DNA of 26,101 nt from Blastocystis sp. subtype 4 (taxonomy: Eukaryota): contig NW_014569539.1 in the NCBI RefSeq assembly GCF_000743755.1, positions 62,001 to 88,101 of the forward strand, written 5' to 3'. The notes under the pieces are model-generated. The model was not told the origin of the DNA, searched no databases, and was given only the letters and a program-made list of their open reading frames with translations. Position 1 is the stretch's first letter. Each line of letters opens with the position of its first letter. Positions 21,909-26,101 of this stretch are shown piece by piece. Made by a program: the position numbers and the translations under genes.

Positions 21909-23924
21909 TTATGCAACCTCGTCATCTCTACCAGAGTCGGAATTGAAAGCGTCGAAAGGATCTGTGCTGTCAATTAGCTTGCTGGGATCATTACCGAATC
22001 CGCCATGACCTTTATGAGTGTTCAGACTCTCGCTCATCCCGCACTGCTTCACAAAATCCTGCAGTTTCCGCAGGGTCTCGTTTGGCAGCGTATCCAGATC
22101 AATCTCAATCTCTTGTCCCTCACGATGGAGAGGACGTGATGCCTCAATGATGTTCAGAATCTGCCTCAAATTCTCTCCTGTCAGCTCATTGATCTCGATA
22201 CTTAGCGCCTTCTTCTCTTCAACTGTCATCGGCCGCACATTCTCAGCCTCTTGCATAGGTTCGTCATCCTCATCGCGCATTCCCTTCAATTGCTCTTCCA
22301 TCAGCTTCACCTTGTTTGTTAGCATCTGCACTTTGTTCACCATCATAGCATATCGATCTTCCATCCCTCCATCACGACGCGCCATTGGAGCAGGTCGCTT
22401 GCCTTTAGCTGACTTTTGGTTCTTGTTCTTCACCTTGCTCATACGGCTACGAGGAGCACTCACATGCTTTGGGACCTTGTTCGTATAAACAGGCGATGGA
22501 GGTTCTGGCTCAGACTCGAAGATACGACGTGTGATTTGCATGTAATCCTTCTCAAAGAGATCGCTCAGAGCCTTTGCCATCACATGTCTATACAATGAGC
22601 ATACTCCTCTGCTCCAACACGTCATCCTGTGGCTTGTTGTACAAGAAGGCATTTGAGAATACCAAACGCACAGCTGCAGCAAAATCCTCTCGGTTTTCTA
22701 ATACGTGATTCTCGATGTTCTTTTGAATTGTGCTGAAGTCCATTGGATTCTTGATAATGTCGAAATAGTCAGGAATTCCAAGAGCAACAGGATCCACGGG
22801 TTGCAAGAAGGGCGAGGACCATTTGTGGTTCTGCATGTGAATAGTAACCTCAGATCTCACCATCAACCGTTTTAACGACTTGTAGCACATTCTCATGTCC
22901 TCATTCAGACCAGGTGGCACATTCACACTCTCACGCAAGAATGATGGTGTAGCTTGGCGAGGTGTAGTTCGGTATTCTCGCTCAGGCATGTCGTATTCAC
23001 CAGAACGTTGACGTGTGGAGCGACCCACCGATGCGACTGGTTTGTATCTACGTTAACATGTCACAATCATTCTCACATCTTGGTACAGATCATGTCCATC
23101 GTCTCAGGGTTGTATGTACCATTCAACGAGAAAGCTCCCAAACGGTTTTCTCCACTGCCGTACACCTGATACATTGACCCATCCTGAGTAAACTGCAATA
23201 CCAAATCATTCTCAACTACACGCTTCGGAGGAGTTACCTTCATCCAAAAGAATCCATTATATTCTCCAGATTGTGGACCTGACGGTGTAGGACCTCCTGC
23301 AGGTAATTGCATGGTATACTTGAATTCGCTGGTAATTCCATTAATAATGCCATTTGTTCCCATTCCCCACTATCTGTTGTTTCTCTCCATCACTTCTACC
23401 TTTCCTTCCCAAGTACAAACTGTATCTTGAATGAAGTATTGACCTTTCAGAATGGGGGTCGCCACATTCTCCTGAGTGCTTGCTACGTGTCAGACTTACA
23501 GATAATCTCTACATGAACGGGTATCGCGTCTCCTTCGCTTTGAAGTCACTTCTGAATAGTCATTTGTATAGTCATCGTCAGAGCCATCGTCTACCTTTTC
23601 ATACCTGGACACATCTCTCTTAGGAGGATGAACTTCAGGTTCCGCTGAAATGGGTTCTTCTAAGGATTATAAAACGAAAGAAACGAAACCATTCTTTACA
23701 CTTGGTTCTTCTTTCTTAACCATCTCTTGTACAGGTGTTTCTTCCTGAATTGGAGTATCTTCTTTTACCGGATCCTGAAGAGTTTCCTCCTCTGCTTTCA
23801 CCTCTTCCTTTACTGGATTAGGAGGATCTGAAGGAGAAGAAACAGGATCTTCAGGAGGAACGTTGTGTTCTTGCCTATCCATTAGTAGGAAAAAAAGAAA
23901 TGACATTGACATTTGTTCAGTCAT
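21909..23924 (-). CDS. Bromodomain + ET-domain (BET/GTE-like) protein with an uncharacterised N-terminal domain
   Basis: Bromodomain: WSSPFLQPVDPVALGIPDYFDIIKNPMDFSTI...LVFSNAFLYN...VHVMA. ET domain: PMTVEEKKALSIEINEL...EIEIDLDTLPNETLRKLQDFV. Exons join through 29-31-nt introns. Confidence 0.9.
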
Positions 23925-24191
23925 CTAGTATAATATTGATAAGGATCAAGATTACAAAACAGAAAAGGTACTATGCAATGAGAATGAATGCCAATTAGTA
24001 CAATTCAAATACAAATACCGGGAAGCAATGAAACTCCTCACGCCACTTTTCAAAAGGAAAATGAAACTCAAGGCTGGAGCACAGACGTTTTTAATTCAAA
24101 TCTACTGGTCTAAGGAAGTCGTTCTGCCAATGAAAGGTGGGAGTTTCGGTTTCCCAATCATTTGGTCCTAAATAAACAAGATGATTGCATG

Positions 24192-24199
24192 AACAAACA
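24192..24199 (-). terminator. TGTTTGTT motif, parent transcript uncertain
   Basis: About 295 nt after the hypothetical gene's stop. It could instead overlap an intron donor of a small unrecognised gene. Confidence 0.45.
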
Positions 24200-24494
24200 T
24201 GTTCAGTAGTATTCATTCCTAATCAAGAAGTAACATTTCGTTCATCCAATCCTATCGCTTGTTCTTCTAGGGCAGTGGTCTGGATAGAATTCAGTGTAAC
24301 GCACACTCATGGAACCACCAAATGCACTTTTGGTATGAACTTGCTGAACGTGTATATTTTCCTTACCATTACTACAGATTGAAAACCAGGTCTATTACTA
24401 AAAGATTTCACCTCTCAGAGGATTCTCATGATGACAAGAATAATATGTGTAGACTAGTTCCCTCTATTGTAGATAGATTCTAGGTGTAACAGAT

Positions 24495-25736
24495 TTATCG
24501 TTTCCGTCTCCTTTTGGAGTAACGAAAGGATTTCGTTTTCGGCTTTCTAAAGACTAAGAGATTGGTTTCAAATACATACGGTTTCTTTGCTTCTGTAGCT
24601 AGTTGCTCTACATCCTTCGTTCGTTTTGTCACTTTGAATAGATCATTAAATGCTTCCAGTCAAATATCATTTCCACATCCTACGGAAGTCATAGTCACTT
24701 GCCTTCAATTCCTCAACAGTTCTGAAATACGGTAGTTTTGTGTGTGCAAGTGTCTGTAATTCCTCTTTCGAGAGTCCAAATCGGTGAGGATCTGGTTCTT
24801 CTCCAGATGTCTCTAAACGACTCTTCCAAGTGGAAGCCGGTGGATCCGGTACCTTTGTCACCGTAGAAGGGTAAACTACATCACAAAGAATGAATACTAA
24901 TACATGTTTGATTGAGATCCAGACTGTCCGAATCGGATCCAGATGATGAATCTATAATTGACACTGTATCTGCGACAGATTCTGGTTGAACGAGTGTCTG
25001 ACTAGGACCATCGATTTCACTATCTTCGATAGAAATAACGCTATCAGGAGGACTTTGAATGATATGTTTTGCGTTGGGACGTATGGTAACAAGGGGTTCA
25101 TCATCCTGAATCGAAATGGAACTCGACGAATCGTCACTATCCAAAGAGATACCATCATTTGAAAGGTTGTGGCGAGGTGATGCCTGAGAAGTGATCCAAC
25201 TTGACGGATTTATCTTGAATTGTCGAATAGGCTCCTGTCCATCACTTGAATCAGATAGAACAAGCAATGGAGGAGGAGATTGCAGACGAGAAGAGGATTG
25301 GAGCGGAGAGGAGGATTGGGGAGGAGAGGAACGTAGAGGAGAAGAGTACTGAGGTAACGAGTGCCGAGATGAAGAAAGCGGACTTATTGCTTCCGCTTCA
25401 CAGGTACTTCCAATCGGTACACTTAACCGAGCTGGTTCGTTCGGAAATTCTGTTATCATTCCAGACTTGCTTCCATCTCTGGAAGCGAAGAAATCGGAGA
25501 TGGTGCCATTTCCATTTGCTCCCCCTTCTCCTTTCTGGAACATCAATACCTAACCGTAATTATCCCATCACCATTTTTACCTTCCTATCGAGAGAACGAC
25601 TCACAATGCCACTATCGAAGTTGTTTTCAAATATGCAACGAGCAATAACAACCTCAGGAAGTACCCTTCCATAATTAATAAAAAGAGAGGGGAAGATCTC
25701 TTTGGCAGTGCGAATCTGATCTTCAGTCACGTCCAT
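24495..25736 (-). CDS. Hypothetical Ser/Asp-rich protein with possible N-terminal CUE/UBA-like helices, several SIM-like motifs and a C-terminal basic NLS
   Basis: Three ORFs plus short exons join in frame through four GT-AG introns (near 25565, 24885, 24670 and 24560) and end KPKTKSFRYSKRRRKR*. The start at 25736 is inferred from where the upstream gene ends. Confidence 0.65.
25275..25328. repeat. About three imperfect 18-nt tandem repeats encoding Ser/Pro-rich SSP(L/P)QS units
   Basis: ggagattgcagacgagaa / gaggattggagcggagag / gaggattggggaggagag. Confidence 0.6.
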
Positions 25737-25845
25737 ACAACGGTTGAGATCTTCCAGATCCGTAAAAAAGAAAAAGAGAAAAAGGACGGAGTCACAAAGA
25801 TGATTGTGACGGGCAATTCTTATGATCCTTCTAATAGCAATTTGC

Positions 25846-25853
25846 AACAAACA
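25846..25853 (-). terminator. TGTTTGTT 3'-end motif (class II RNR)
   Basis: 20 nt spacer after the TGA. Confidence 0.85.
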
Positions 25854-25873
25854 TGCAACCCACAACTAAAAGA

Positions 25874-26101
25874 TCAATGAAATTCGCAGACGTCATTGTT
25901 ACAATAGGATACAGCGTCAGGGAAAACTTCTGTTTCCATTGAAGACTGCTCCGTCTTCACACTCTCTGTCTTCACTACCTTAGTTCGATCGATGAAGGAG
26001 ATAGGTTTGAGATCCCGAGTCATTTCCTTATACACTTCTTCAGATATGGCCTCATAAGGGAGTTGAGGATACTTTCCATAGTCGAACTTGGGAAGGAAAG
26101 A
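25874..26101 (-). CDS. nrdJ: 3' end of class II adenosylcobalamin-dependent ribonucleotide reductase (NrdJ/RTPR type); partial
   Basis: Manual translation: SFLPKFDYGKYPQLPYEAISEEVYKEM...SYCNNDVCEFH*. The SFLP..YPQxPYExI motif and terminal CxxxxC are typical of monomeric class II RNRs. Followed by TGTTTGTT. Confidence 0.85.
   Translation of the reverse strand, partial: SFLPKFDYGKYPQLPYEAISEEVYKEMTRDLKPISFIDRTKVVKTESVKTEQSSMETEVFPDAVSYCNNDVCEFH

Noticed and set aside
22313..22320. TGTTTGTT on the + strand inside the BET gene
   Set aside because: It is antisense within coding sequence (LTNK codons), with no credible + strand gene ending there.
437..25674. Many antisense or alternate-frame ORFs in the track (e.g. 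561-959, 2077-2520, 15417-15872, 18443-18787, 22018-22488, 25246-25674)
   Set aside because: They are shadows of well-supported genes, have no recognisable motifs and lack their own 3'-end signal.
25737..25865. N-terminal extension of ORF 25560-25865 (MWVACLLQ...)
   Set aside because: It starts at a non-ATG codon and overlaps the RNR 3' UTR and 3'-end motif. ATG 25736 is more plausible.
1..26101. Pseudogenes, programmed frameshifts or an alternative genetic code as the cause of ORF fragmentation
   Set aside because: Almost all breaks are resolved by ~30-nt introns under the standard code. Only the 12822 site remains unresolved.

Overview
Very compact, intron-rich eukaryotic DNA, most likely Blastocystis (an anaerobic stramenopile). 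That call is inferred from ~28-34-nt introns and a strand-specific TGTTTGTT motif just after most gene ends. The ORF track fragments genes at these tiny introns, so I re-spliced them by hand into 13 genes. In order: Vps8 (5'-partial), Rab7, DDX52/ROK1, an ELMOD-family protein, a CBM20-TPS-TPP fusion with degenerate catalytic motifs, a GT49-like glycosyltransferase, a fungal-type GPAT, TTI1, prefoldin 4, SPT16, a BET-like bromodomain/ET protein, an unknown protein with SIM-like motifs, and the 3' end of a class II (B12-dependent) ribonucleotide reductase that the ORF track missed. Highlights: a DDX52 stop codon apparently completed by polyadenylation, a 41-nt U12-type AT-AC intron, a palindromic back-to-back 3'-end signal, a GC-AG intron and an unresolved splice anomaly in GPAT. 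I saw no mobile elements, CRISPR arrays or RNA genes, and I cannot demonstrate a wholly new multi-gene system.
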